A DNA stretch of 64,000 bases from Dipteris shenzhenensis (taxonomy: Eukaryota): assembly GCA_047967505.1 (NCBI GenBank), contig CM106538.1, one strand, 5' to 3'. The stretch's first letter is position 1, and each line of letters opens with the position of its first letter. The translations under genes were made by a program, and so were the position numbers. Positions 1 through 12,790 of the stretch are shown piece after piece. Below the pieces are notes generated by a model. That model was not told the origin of the DNA. It searched no databases and saw nothing but the letters and a program-made list of their open reading frames with translations.

Positions 1-3000
1 GTTGTTATCTGAGAGCTTCCATCTGGAATTCAAATTGAATACTACTTCCTCAATGTTGTCAGAGGTAGTGGGAAATGGTAGGAAGTGAGGGCTTCCTACC
101 CAACTAAACTCTCTAGAGTAGATCAAAACTCTCTCTCCCTTCCACGTTATCTCATTGTTCCAAAGCTGTAATCTGCTCGTGATCAAAGGTTGATCATGAT
201 TAGAAAGCCTGAATTCCCTTCTGATTTCTAACCATGTTTTTTATCGTTATTCCAAGTTGATCCCAGCACTACAGACCCTTCTTAAATAGCTGACCAGCTC
301 TAGCAAAATCATCATCTCCTAGGTGTTGTGTCTTAAAGATTGTAGGAACCCAAATTGAGTCCAAGGCCATAAAAGAGCCTTTCCCAGCAGTAAAGATAAT
401 TTGACTTTTTATATGCTCAAAGGCATGCCGCAGTGTTCTCTACAACTGACTGCCCTTGGTTGTGCAAGGTCCTGGGTTGCATAAAGCTGACAGGATGGGG
501 TAGTTCTTCCATTTGGCATCCCTACTAGGCCTGACATATTGAAAATTTCTCAATAAAAGATTTGCCCAATCACTCTTAGGGTGAATGATAGCCCTTATGA
601 TCCAATAGGCTGCCAGTTTATAGTTTGGTTGTTGAATGTTGATGACTCCAACCCTCCTTCATTTCTGGGTCTTGTACAGAAATACCACCTCACTTTGGAG
701 ATTCTCCTCTTAGTATCATTGCCTCCCCATAAGAAAGATCTGCATATTCTGAGAAATTTTTCCAGACCACTTTGTGAGGGGCACCAGCAAGAGAGGTAAA
801 ATATGGCTATAGGATAAATGCAGTGATTAAGAACAACTCTTCTCCCAGCCAGGTTTGCTTGGAAACCTCTCCATCTGTCCAGCTTAATCTTTAGTCTATT
901 AAAGAACCATTCCCATCTATCTTTCATACCCACCTTGAAACCCAAAGAATTGTCCAAAAGCCTGAAAATATGCCCCTATTGAAATTTTTAACAACCCAGT
1001 TGTGTTAGCTGTTCCTAATCCTTCCCTGAAAGGAAAGCATACCCCATTTTAGCATGATTGACTTTGGATCCTGAGGCAAGACAAAACAGATCCACACATT
1101 GTAGAGAATTCTGGATGTCTTGTGCTGTGTTCCTTATAGTGAGATTGGTATCATTAGCAAATTGCTGATTTACCAACTGTTGTCAAGAAGGCAGTTCAAT
1201 TCCTAGAATGTTTCCCTCATCAACCTGCTCTTTGATCAACCAGCCCAAAGCATCTGCTGCTATAGCAAAGAGGGATGGGGCTAGTGGACATCCTTGTCTT
1301 ATGGATCTTCTAAGCATAATGGGCTGAGACATTTCCCCATTTATTCATACTTTTGCTGAGGTGTTAGATAAAAGTATAGCCACATGAGTAGAAAACTTTT
1401 CTCCCAGGCCAATATCTTTGAGTGTCCAGAGTAGGAAATTCCAATTGAGCCTGTCATAGGGCTTATCAAAGTCAATCTTAATGAAGCACACATCTTGATG
1501 GGTTTCCTCTGCATGTGTGCATCCTTCCTAGTGTTAATAATTGCTTCCAGTAGATGTCTACCCTTGATGAAACCTTTCTGCTCCTTAAGAATCCACTTGT
1601 CCATTTTGTTCTGCAATCTTAAAGCAGTAGCCTTGGCAAATCTTGTAACTGCAATTCAAAATTGTCAGTGGCCTCCAGTTCTTCAATTCGGTTCTATCTC
1701 CTTCTTTGGTATGAGCTGGATGATTTCTCCATTTACATATCCAGGGATAGCGCCCAATTCCAAACACTCCTGCCATAATTGAAGTAGGCAAGGACCTATT
1801 ACTTCCCAAAAAACTTTATAGAACTCCCTCTCCTGGTGTTTTTCCATCAGTCATCTGAAAAAATGCCTCTTTGAGCTCCTAGAGAGTAATGTCAGTGTCT
1901 AACTGCATCTTATCTAAGCTTGAGACCACCTTCTTCCTGGCTTCCTAGCATTTTCTTCTACCCTCAACAATCTAAGGACTTAGATGGTCTATGGTGCTTA
2001 ACAGACTGCTGAAATGGTCAAGTATTATTTTCTCATTATCCTCCTCAGAAAGGGCAACATAACCCTCTGCATTTTTGAGAAGAGGTATTACCTCATAGTG
2101 TCTTTTCTTCCTTATGAGTCTAAAATTTTCCTTGGTTGGCCTGTCTATGTGACCACCCCACCAATCTCTAAAGTAATTTTGGTATTCCGAATTTTTATTT
2201 GTTCCTGTTCTCTAATCTCGCCTCGTTTTTTGACTAGCTGCTCCTGTGCACTGATGTCTCCAAGTCTGGCCTTAGCCTCTAGCTCTTCAACCTCGTTTTT
2301 TAACTCATCCATTCTTTTAGCTCTTATAGCCGCTCTGTTTTTCCTTGCTTCTTTCAGGATTCTTTAAATGCCGGTTACTGCATCTTGCCACCCCTGTGCA
2401 TAACTGTCAGCAACATAAAAAGTATTCACCCATTGAGAGCGAGTCTCTTGATGAGCAGATTTGAGCTCAAACAATGATGGGTCTGCTTTAAACCAGCAAG
2501 TCCCTTTTTTTACCCAGCTCATATCCAACCAGGTAAGAACTGGTTTGTGATCTGAAAGAGTGAGGGAAGAGAAAACTTTGTTTTTTGCTTGGAGAGACAG
2601 ATCTAACAGTCAAAGAGAGATGTAGACCCTGTCTAGCCTCACCTCTCTCCTCAAGTCTCCACACTGTCAGTTGCACCAAGTGAACAAGCCTAGGCATCTT
2701 GTATCCACCAGTTGTTCTTCTTCTTTTAAGTCTTCCCAGATCTGCAATTCCGAGCCTCTTAGGACTGATCCTTTCTGAAGCGTAAGGGGGTCAAATCCTG
2801 CTTGGTCAATACCTTTTCTTCTTCTGAACACTTTCCAGTATCTACCTGAGTCATCTTGCTATTTTGTTGCGGATATGTGCATGGTCTTTTGGAAGACATG
2901 TATGAGGACCTTTTCAATGTCCTCATTGTCATTCTCCTCATGCCTTGGGCCTACATTCAAGAGGAGCAAGTGACCATGAAGAAGCTGCAGATTGAGTGGC

Positions 3001-3150
3001 AGCCCACCTAGACTGGTATCCAGACAGTAAGGTGGAAGAGATACTTTGGACAAAGAGTCTACATATGCTCGGTGGAGCATGTGGGCTCGGAGATCTAGAC
3101 GTGCCAGGCATATAGTAAGAGGACATTTTGATTGTATTGTGTCCGATTTT
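1..3150 (-). mobile_element. Degenerate L1-type LINE ORF2 (endonuclease + RT + C-terminal region), running off the window start
   Basis: Minus-strand motifs in order: RLDRVY (~2622-2639), SDHKPV (~2538-2555), NWRPLTILNCSYK (ORF 1585-1809), RSIRQGCPLAP (~1275-1308), QQFAND (~1151-1168), and the post-RT segment LAGRRVVLNH..FLWGG (ORF 595-957). Many stops and frameshifts; 5' boundary approximate. Confidence 0.9.
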
Positions 3151-3896
3151 GACTTGCCCTTTTGCTTCTATATTTGTCTTTAAGCAAGTCTATTTGCTGG
3201 CTTGCACTCACATGAATGGTTGAGAAGTACACAAGTGTTTATGAAGCTTGATTCCATGGTGAAACACTTCCACATGTAATTCTTGGGCCCATCTATCAGT
3301 CTTCCAATTCGGGATACCCTCTGGTGGGATTTCATTGTCTAACAGAACTTTGGCACATCCTGTCTCTATTCTATTTTCCATTGTTGACATCTTTCAGCTT
3401 CTCGACCTCTTGAATTAACAAGGTATGTCCATCCTACATTTGACCATTGCCTCGTACATTTTCCTTTCTGAGGACCTATGAATAGGGGGACATAATCCTC
3501 AAAGAGGATCTGGGAGTAAACATTTTTCCAGATACTAATAACTATATTGGTGGTGATCCCGGCTGAGCAGCTCCAACGTTCCCCTCAGGGAATTTCTACT
3601 TGCGACTTTCTTCTGTAATTCTCGAATCTCGACCTATTCAAACAGGTTTAACAGTAGAATATAGCGAGCAGTTCAGCGTTTAACCATTTTGTTCTAAAAT
3701 TCAAGCAAATGCCGCATATTTCTTTCAGCTTGTCTGTGCCACAGTGGCCGATGTTGAGTTTATGCCAGCTTGAACTTGATAGTGTCTGATGGTGCTTTAC
3801 TGGCGCATCTGTCTCCTGACATTCAATCCACGATCAATTACTGATGGCATTGTTTTGTTGTAGTCTGTGAGCAGCTGAAGTGAAGTGACTGACAGT

Positions 3897-4134
3897 GCTT
3901 CTTGCTGGCTTTCCCCAGTGCACCCAAATCATCATCCATCTCCAGTCTTTGTTGGCACGATGTAATCCTCTAGTTCCCCGGTGTGTTTGAGGTGAGTTAG
4001 CACGCCAGTAGCAATAGCTGGCTTCTTGCTGGCTTTCTCTAGTGCATCCAAATCATCATCTATCTCCAGTCTTTGTTGGCACGATGTAATCCTCTAGTTC
4101 CCCGGTGTGATTGAGGCGAGTTAGTGCACCAGTA
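3897..4134. repeat. Tandem duplication, 124-bp unit x2
   Basis: gcttcttgctggcttt...ccagtag starts at 3897 and again at 4021, with a few substitutions. Confidence 0.9.
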
Positions 4135-4286
4135 GTTTGGTGCCACGTCAGCAGCAGAGGGGCCTTCTTGGCTGGATGTGGTAGCACGACAGTAGCAACA
4201 GCTATTGTCCCATCTGTTCGTGGCTCTTTGGAGCTCCCTCTCTGGTGTAGCAGCAAAGGTTTGGATGGGCAGGTGCAAAGACGCGC

Positions 4287-4334
4287 GGGGGGAGGGGGGG
4301 GGGGGGGGGGGGGGGAGGGGGAGAGAGAGAGAGA
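4287..4334. repeat. Poly(G) tract followed by (GA)n
   Basis: Read directly from the sequence. Confidence 0.95.
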
Positions 4335-4339
4335 TCTAC

Positions 4340-4586
4340 CTACAATAGTCATGAAATGTTGATAGAGGGACCTTGTAAGCAGGGAACCATTTAGCTTCTT
4401 CAAGTGCATCACCACTACACTCGCCATAGCATAAGGACTAAAAGAATTGTTCATTGTACCTGAGAACAAGGATCAAAACCCATTTGAGAATGCAAATGGA
4501 TGTGATGCATATCATAAAAGTGCATATCTACCTTCACAACACTCTTCGAAAAGATTACAATTAGCTTGCTAAGCATTCAATTGCAC
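4340..4586 (-). pseudogene. Possible degenerate exons (4532-4586, 4340-4459) of an unidentified spliced gene
   Basis: AG/GT boundaries (ttgttctcag|G...TAG|gtagat) and a 72-nt intron. The phase-compatible translation includes YNEQFF*SLCYGECSGDALEEAKWFPAYKVPLSTFHDYC. In-frame stops are present and no homolog was recognised. Confidence 0.25.
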
Positions 4587-4829
4587 CTATTCATGTACTT
4601 CTTTCCTATTTTCCCTCTCTCTCACATTTCAATTTGAGAGGTAAGGTAGCACCTAACAAGTGATCATAGTAAGCTGAATTTCTTATGTGTCAGATAAGAT
4701 GTGCTTTATTTAACAAGTGCATCAATTTAAACATCGAGCAAAAGTAGGCTGATTGTATTCTAACAAAATCCAAAATGGAGGTCAATGAATCCACATCGTC
4801 CCTGAGTTATCATTTTCCATGAAATTTCT

Positions 4830-4900
4830 TAATTTCCCCCGAAAGACTTCTATTGAGTATGAAAGAGAAACCAACATGCAAAGCATGAAGACCCCGTGGT
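4830..4900 (-). mobile_element. Old L1-type 3' end remnant
   Basis: Minus strand reads catgc-ttt-gcatg...catactcaatagaagtctttcgggggaaa, resembling the cttaatagaagtct..A(n) termini of the L1 copies at 46300 and 55250. Confidence 0.5.
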
Positions 4901-7900
4901 AAAAAATCACTCAAATATTCTGAACAATGAGATATGGATAGGAACCAAGACAGTGGTTAGAAATGCCATGTCATGCCTGTGATGGTCTTAGAGAAGAAAG
5001 GAAATTTCATCTCCACCACCACAACATCAAGAAATGTATATAACCTTCCTAAACTCTCGAAATGGCATGACACCAAGCTTGATCGATAACCATCTAGATT
5101 ATGAGGATCCGCCTTGTCATGTGCATCACTATGAAAACTATAAACTGCAGCCGTAGACTGTGTACAGACTCACATAAAAGAAAGCCATGTGGGGTTGTAT
5201 GGCAGTTATGCAGGCTGCCAGACAGCGGCGGCATACATAGTATGGGCAGTAGAACAGGCCCAGTCGGCCATGTCAACAGACTGACAAGCCAAGTGGTAGT
5301 CCACCATGGCTTGGTCCAGTAAGTAATCCATGCAGACATGCCTTTTAAAAAGTGAACAGACTGGCACAAGTCCAGAATACACTCAGAGGGTTCAGAATAG
5401 ATAAGGCACCAGAGCCCCACTCATTGTTTATCCACAGCAAGACCTAAGCAGCGGCAACTCTCAGGCTGTAGAGCAGCAGGAAAAGAGGAGCAGCGGCCTC
5501 TCTGCATCTGCATTGCCACAAGGTTTCCTGCAACACCCATTGCACAAGCAGTCTGCTTTTAGGCATTTGTAGTCCTTTCATCCCTAACAAATATTCTCCA
5601 ACTTTAAGGGTTGGGTAAGTAAGGAAGGGGGGGGGGGGAATTTCAGTGTCTACTCCCAGCTTTCACGTGTACATGGGCACATGTCTCTTTTGTTTCAACA
5701 AGCCTTTACTGCTTCCACACTGAAGCAGGTACCACGTGGATGCGTGTGACATTAAGTAGCTAGCTTATGTGCATGTTACTTAGTAATTAAGGTACCAAAA
5801 TGCTCTCTCTCATTGATGATAAGATGGGACATGAAAGCACCAGCCCAACCATTGCAAACAGCATGCATCCCAAAGAAAATTACTTTTCAAGAGTATGATG
5901 GCAAAAACCATACCCTCAATTCTCATCTCATGGCTTAGCTCATTGAGAACTACATACTAGCATGCATGCACGTAAATGGCGAAGCAGTCACAGTGGTAAG
6001 CCAACAACTGTCATATAAGTACCAGTTTGATTGGAAAATTTTTGCAAAAAAAAATTCGGTTGTCAATTTTTGCAACCCCCAAACAAAGTAGACAAAAAGT
6101 CAATTTTAGCCAAATACATCGCTCAACTGTACTATGCAGATCCATTCATGCAATTGGTAATTCAACTAAAGAAACATGATGTGGGATAGCTATAAAAAAG
6201 TTTACATTGATTATAGTCCAACTTTCAATTCTATGTTTGTTGTTTATTGGTTGGAAGGGTTATGACATTGTTTGAGTTAGCAAATAATCATGAACACATG
6301 AGCAAAGGCCCTCATCCAAAGACTGCTCTTAGCAAAAACTATAAAGGCTCAACGTTATCATAAATAGAAGTACAAATGAGTGGGTATTTTTCAGAGGACT
6401 ATGGAGGAGAGTGCCATGTGGCTGCTGGCACACGAGCATCTACCCCTTGTATGTGGAGCCTTAGAGGAATGGCCAAGTGGTGATCATGCATGGCTACCAA
6501 TAATCTTCCCTTCGAACCTTAAAAATGAGACACTAGTCTTTCAAATCTTAATCTCATACATACTAGTAACATAATGATAATGATTGAAAAACCCTAAACC
6601 CTTAGTTCTAAACTCCAAACTCTAAACTTACCTTCAAATGCCACTTGTGAGGCTATTTGGTTAAAGAGAATCATAAACAATATTGGGCTTGGGCAAAAAG
6701 GGCCAACTCCTTTACAATAACAAGTATTCTATTTGATAAGCACAAAATCCAGTATTTCATGATCAGAGTAAGTGCATAGGTGTTCAGCATCACTTTGTAC
6801 ATGAGAAACTTCTGAGCAATAAAATAGATTTGGTCGATTATCAAACAAAGGATCACGTGGGCAGATATCCTAACCAAGGCTCTTGCAAGGATCAAGCAAG
6901 AGAAGTTTTCCAACATAATAGGCATACCATGTCCATTGTTCATTAAGGGGAGTGTTGGAAAATTGAGTTATGGACTATGGATTAATGCATTAGGTCACTG
7001 TTGGGGTAATTATAGTTAGGATTATAAAGATTCAATAGAGTGATTATTACACCTTAGGTCCTACACACCACCTATTATATTATGTCATTGATAGGTGGTT
7101 AGACAATGTGGTTGCCACATGGCTAGTGCATGGGATGGATTCCACTACATGTGGGATTATTTCACAAACTATAGGGTTGTTCAGGCGTGTAAGGCTTGGT
7201 TCTTCTCACCAAAAATATGAATGCATCTCAAGAAGCTCTCTCAAACGAGTGAATACCTCCACTTTTTCCTCTTTTATCGATGGGCATCTCCACCATGTTG
7301 AAGTTTCCCCCAATGATCCATAAGTCCACGCTTAGAATCCAAGAGAGTGCTTCTTTTCAAAACCAAATACACTCTCCTCCGTTGTTAGGAATGTACAAAT
7401 TAAGAAAATCAATCTTCCACCCATTAGGAAATAGAATAATCCACTGAGCTCTATAGGGGATGAGAACACCATGCCCAATAACTAAAGGGCAAAAAGAAGC
7501 TGACCTATAAATGCATGTTTCTCCTCTAGTAAAAATCGCACCAAAGCCAAAAGCACAACCAAAAAGAAGTTTGGCCTAGTTCTTGCAAATTGCATCATCC
7601 AATTCATGCTCTTGAAGAAAAAGAATATCAAGGGGTCCAATTGAAACACGTGGATGTAGCTGATTACAGATCAGTTGTCTACTATGCGATACAGTAGACT
7701 ACCTAGACCCCGTATGTTCTAGCTAACAATCCTCATTGGTGAGATGGCGAAAACTAGACCTCCTTCCTTGACCTAGTGATAGAGGCACTTGCCCCATGTG
7801 TACCTTGATCTTCTAACATAAGACAAAAAGCCCACTAAAGATAGAAGATAGTGTCATGGCAAACTCTGCATATATGATCTCGTGGGGACTAAGGGCTTAC

Positions 7901-7944
7901 TCCGAATCATCCTAAATCCCATAATCACCTAGGGACTGATACTC

Positions 7945-7984
7945 AGAGAGAGAGAGAGAGAGAGAAAGAAAGAAAGAAAGAAAG
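7945..7984. repeat. (GA)n-(GAAA)n microsatellite merging with the RTE-X tail
   Basis: Read directly from the sequence. Confidence 0.95.
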
Positions 7985-8722
7985 TGTATTATTGTCCACT
8001 AAAGGCCAAAATGGGCCCATGGGACATCAAGAACTCTGCGTACAAGATAGCACAAAATCAACGTGCCACAAAGAAGAGGCATCGTCGAATATCATCTAAG
8101 TGCTACGCAATACAATGCAAGTGAAAGTACATAATGTCAAATCTGAGCCTAAATACAAAGTAAGCTAGATGCAAGGAAACCGCCCCTGGGTGCAAAATGG
8201 GGGGATGAGTACAATATGTCAATGCAAAGATACAAATCCATGTATCACGGAGTCTGAGAACCAAAATAATACTGGAAATCCTGTCCATCGACTCTGCCTC
8301 CTGCTATGAGAGTACAAATCTGAGCAAAAGTGAGGTGAGCGGCTGGTAGGGCGAGATCTCCATGAGTAAGTCTCCTCCGAAAAGCTGCCATCATCCTGGA
8401 TCGTCTGAAGCGGCGAGTACGTCCCCTATGTAACAAGATCCTGCGGCGTCTACAAACCACCATCTCATATGTACATCCACAGGGTGGAGGCATGTGTCCT
8501 GTGTGAGCTCTGACCTCCTCGTGCTCCTCCTGATACCTGTCATCTGGTATAGCGTGTGTCTGAGCTCTATCGGGCTGGGCTCTATCACGCTCCGGTCTGT
8601 GCTGATGGTCTCTGAGGTAGTGTCGTCGAAGCATAGTGGCCTCCCTGACATAAAGAGCTAGGCAATGCTGATCCTCATAATCCATCACTCGTGAGAGAGG
8701 TCCAAAGCCATCCGTGAAGAGA
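7964..8722 (-). mobile_element. 5'-truncated RTE-X-like LINE (3' ~750 bp) with (CTTT)n tail
   Basis: Near-identical to 24498-25251 apart from three small indels; ORFs 8245-8688 and 8103-8288 match the C-terminus of ORF 24631-26106. Confidence 0.9.
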
Positions 8723-8938
8723 CTATAGCAGACACTGAGATAGGGTAGACAGATTCATATGACTCAAGGATGATAACTTTGTTAATGATTCGTGTGCCAA
8801 GGGCATGATTTATAGCACAAACACTTCCATTGACATCACACCAATGAACTAAGCTATGATGTGACACACGTCACCTTCCTTGACTCTTTCACTCACCTTC
8901 CTTGACCCTTGCACTCACCAAAAGTGGCAATACACCCA

Positions 8939-8957
8939 TTCACACACACAAACATGT

Positions 8958-8988
<31 letters not shown>
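8939..8988. repeat. Imperfect (CA)n microsatellite
   Basis: Read directly from the sequence. Confidence 0.9.
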
Positions 8989-9109
8989 TAGCTCCGAATT
9001 ACCTAGTTAGGATTGACATCTCCATGGAGCAGCAAGTAGCCTCAAATCTTAAAAGTGTACGACAAAAGCTCTTGTATTAGAGCTCCACCAAACTCTTTGT
9101 CACAGGTCA

Positions 9110-9700
9110 AGTAATGGTCGCCAAATTTGAGTTGCCATGGCATGCTACACAACGTCTTGCTGGTGCATGGCTCCCAGTTGGTGTACAACATGAAGTATTA
9201 GGGATCACTGACATTTAGATGCAAATCCAAACCCTTCTGGACAAGCTTATCATACAAGGCCTCACCCCACATACAAATCCCTAGAAGCTCCTCTTGTAGC
9301 AAGGACTTCTTTGGAATACTCCAAAGATGGGAGGATAGATTTTGCAAAGATGGATCTTCATGTAGGCCCCCCTCATTGGAAAGGTTGACTCAAAACTTAA
9401 TGAGAACTTAGCGATGTTGTTCGACGGGTATCACTAGAGCCAGTCCCATAGTGCAAAAAGGAGATATGCCAACAACACCTATCTTGCACCCGTAGGTTTA
9501 AGATATGGACAGTTAGATGCTTGGTAACACGATGCACATCAATCGGGCATAGTGGGATAGTATCCCAATCAGGTCCTCGAAGGCATGGAGGCACCTTCCA
9601 CAGTAATGGGAGGAGCGTCATAAGATGTTGCCACAATGAACACACATGACAGGAGTACGATACTGGACTGAGGAGATAGTGATAACCATCCCCAAGGCCT
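9110..9700 (+). mobile_element. Highly degenerate L1 ORF2 post-RT fragment
   Basis: ~9210-9290 reads DI*MQIQTLLDKLIIQGLTPHTNP*K, similar to DLQCRALLCKMVVRGLMPGQEPWK in ORF 51559-54216. Boundaries approximate. Confidence 0.55.
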
Positions 9701-10354
9701 GGCATGAGGGCTTTAGATGAGAGGATGAGCAGCTTCAAAGGCTAAAAGTTAACCTTATTAACGTTCAACCAAGGTTGGCACCAAAAAGGGTGTGGAGTGT
9801 CCATAAAAGAAGTATTGGTTGGCATTAAGAAGGATTGGTATGGAGTGTCCTGAATCTTCGATGCTCGTTAATGACCAATAGTTTAGCTCACAATCACTTT
9901 TCAAAAGGAGATCATATGAGCATGGTAGACCTTTTTAGAAAGAGGGCATGTGATCCAAGGGGCTATTTGTAGCATCTCAACCTTTTCTATGGGACTTGGT
10001 CGTAAAGAGATCGATGTAAGCACAGGTCACTTTTGAAAATTTTGACATCTGGGCCAATGTTTAAATGCTAAAATGTGGGTATTTGGAGCATTTTTTCTCG
10101 ATTACATATTTCAACAATCAAAAGATACAATGTGCCTTCCTTAACAAACCACAAAATAAAGATCATAGTATCATAAGTTTTTTAAGGACATACAAAGCTT
10201 CCAAGCAGAACTATTTTGAAAGGAAATTGCATGAGAAATCTCCAAGGAAAGCGTTCATATTTGTATCAATGAGTATCATTGGCTAGGGGCCATTGAAATT
10301 TTTGACCCAGAAACAAGATAGTACCATTTTAACATAAGAAGACCCAGACCAGAC

Positions 10355-10490
10355 CTGTAGCAAGCAAGAGTAGAGATGTACACTGGTTATCTTCATTGGC
10401 CAGCCATCTTTCAGCAGCGACAATCTCTTCCTCATCAGCCAAGACAAGAAACAGTCCTTTGACATCTGCCCATCATCTATACAAACTTAG
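10355..10490 (-). pseudogene. Possible degenerate exon of an unidentified spliced gene
   Basis: tctacag|CTA...ACAG|gtctgg, 136 nt, translating as LSLYR*WADVKGLFLVLADEEEIVAAERWLANEDNQCTSLLLLAT. Lies in an AT-rich gap where I recognised no TE sequence. Confidence 0.3.
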
Positions 10491-12028
10491 CTGTAGATAA
10501 GAGTAACGCTGTAAGTATTTATGCTTTTGCTGTGTTATCTTTACTCATGTTTGTTGGAAGTGTGCTAAATGTCCTGTCCAAAAGTCACTAGAAATATAAG
10601 GAATTCTACAGGATTTTAGAAGAAGCATAAGTTAAAGGCATAGCACATGGTCCTCCCTTTCTCTACCCTAATGGCATAATAGCTAAGGGGCTTGGTCCTT
10701 TTCTCTACCTTATTAGCATAAAAGATGAGGGAGCAGCAACATTGGTAATGTATACCACTTGTAGTGCTCCCCTATTCAGCACTACATGAAGATGCCTAGC
10801 ACAACTTGGCAAAGGAGAGGTTTGAAGAAGCTGAGAGGAAGAAAATACCAAGGATGAAGACATGGATATGAAATGTGTCACTTCAAAAAATTATCAGCCC
10901 TCAGGCGTGCTAGGGTCTACATTTCTGCACTATTTCTGCAAACAAGCAGGCAGCAAACAGTGAGTTTGCAAAAAATGCCTAAATGTGGTTGTGTTGAAGA
11001 TAAATGGGGAAAACAGGCCCTAGATATTGCCATGGAAACCTACTCATTAGGGACACCCAACAAGGTTTCAGAAAGTGTCCCTACCAGCCTCCATAAGGTT
11101 TGCACAGCCCTCATTGAGAAGATAGATAATCTGGAAGCTACAATGTAGCCTTATTGGCTGAGAAAGCACTTGTGGATAAGGTACTCAATGAAATGAAGAA
11201 ACAGGGTGGGAAGATGCAAGAAGAGTGGAGAAAAGAGAAATCCAAAAGAGAGGAATGGGAAAGGACGGGGTAACTGCCAATACCGGCCTCCAAGGTAACG
11301 TACATGCATTGGAAATTATAGTACAGCAAATAAAAGATATGAATGGGGCCCCGTTAGAAACATGCAAGACAATGGAAGATCTTAAAGCTGAGAATGCCAA
11401 CCTCAAGAAAGATATTGCAGCTATGCAGGCAGAATGCAAGGGAAACACGCTGAACTGAAACAGCAAATCAAGATGGGGCAGGCCAAAATGTTGGAATGGA
11501 AGGATATGGTCAAGAAAGGCACACCTGCTCCTAAAAAAGAGAACATCTCCGAAGCACTTCAGGAGGAAAAGAGCAGGACCAGCAAACGCTAAATGTCTTA
11601 TAGGAGACACTCCAATGGCAAATGCCAAGATACTGTTCACCTAAATGGGGGTCAATCTCCCTTGCAAGATAGCGTGGAGGGTGGGCAACTGTTACAAAGC
11701 CACTAGTGTTGAAATTTCGGACAAGCATGGACAGGAAGACCCTCGTGAGCACAAGAGCGACTTTGAAGGGAACCAAGATCTACCTGGATGACGACCTCAC
11801 ACTTCTACAACACGAGCACCGAAGGGGAGGTATGGTACGAGTAATGGCAGTGAGGGAAGTAGGGAAATGGGCTGTATATAGGGATGACTAGGGTGATCAT
11901 CCGAGAAAGAGGCGACAAGGAGGATAATGAAGAGAAGGAAGAAGGATAATTATGACAGTGCCGAGCCCATGGGATGTGTGCACACACTGGACAGAAAATA
12001 GCAGTATGGAATTGTAATGGCACACTAT

Positions 12029-12790
12029 CTCAAAGCTTGGGGCAACTTTAGAACCACTCTTCGGAGAGTTCCACCCTCCTCTCGTCGAGAAGAGACAGAC
12101 AGGCAGCCAGTCATGTGGAATGACTCGATACTGGATGAGCATGGCAGATCACTAGAAGCGTCACATTATATGCAGTGGTCTAGATGGGAGAGGGGACCTG
12201 CTTCTATAGTAGGTGCCTGGAAGGCGTTCAGGCAGCTTCCAGAGGATCAGAGACTCACTTCTATTGGCCATCTCAGAGAGAGTGCAGTCAGGATGCAGCA
12301 GATAGAGGAAGCCATACCAACAGAGTGGATAGATACAGATGATTTGCCGCATAGTCCACTTGGTTGGGAGCTTTCACGAGGACGGGTATGCCTTTACAAG
12401 TCATAACCTTGCGGGATGCACTTGAGGAGACCCTGGTCTTTGATGTTCAGTTGGGAGGCAAACTACTCACATCTTTAGGTGATATTCTTTTGGAGGTTGC
12501 CTTCCAGCCTGTTAGGATTGCAGGTTACATGGAGTGGGGCACAAATTCATAGTGGTTTCTTCATCCCGACCCTCTTCTCTTGGCACTTGGGTCTTGGAGA
12601 CTCTAGTTGTATGGTCGTTCCCCTGAGTCTTCTTGAGGGTTGAGGTGGCATTTTCAGCGTCCACCTTCAAATTTTGTTAGCTCTTTTTGAGCCGTTTATT
12701 TTCTTCGCCATGGCATGTTGTACTCCCACATTAGAGCTTGCTCTTGCGGTTTTCAATCATACTTAATGAAGTGATCTTTTTGGGGGGAAA
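12029..12790 (+). mobile_element. 5'-truncated L1-type copy (relative of the 48808 family) with 13-bp TSD
   Basis: TSD aatggcacactat at 12016-12028 and 12791-12803. KAWGNFRTTLRRVPPSSRREETDRQP matches ORF 51559-54216. Internal deletion near 12620, 3' hairpin and short A tail. Confidence 0.93.

Noticed and set aside
6588-6628. Interstitial telomere array (ccctaaa)
   Set aside because: Only one perfect unit plus degenerate heptamers, too short to call.
6650-7940. LTR fragment (TATA-like cctataaat at ~7504)
   Set aside because: The composition is suggestive, but no termini, TSD or second copy were found.
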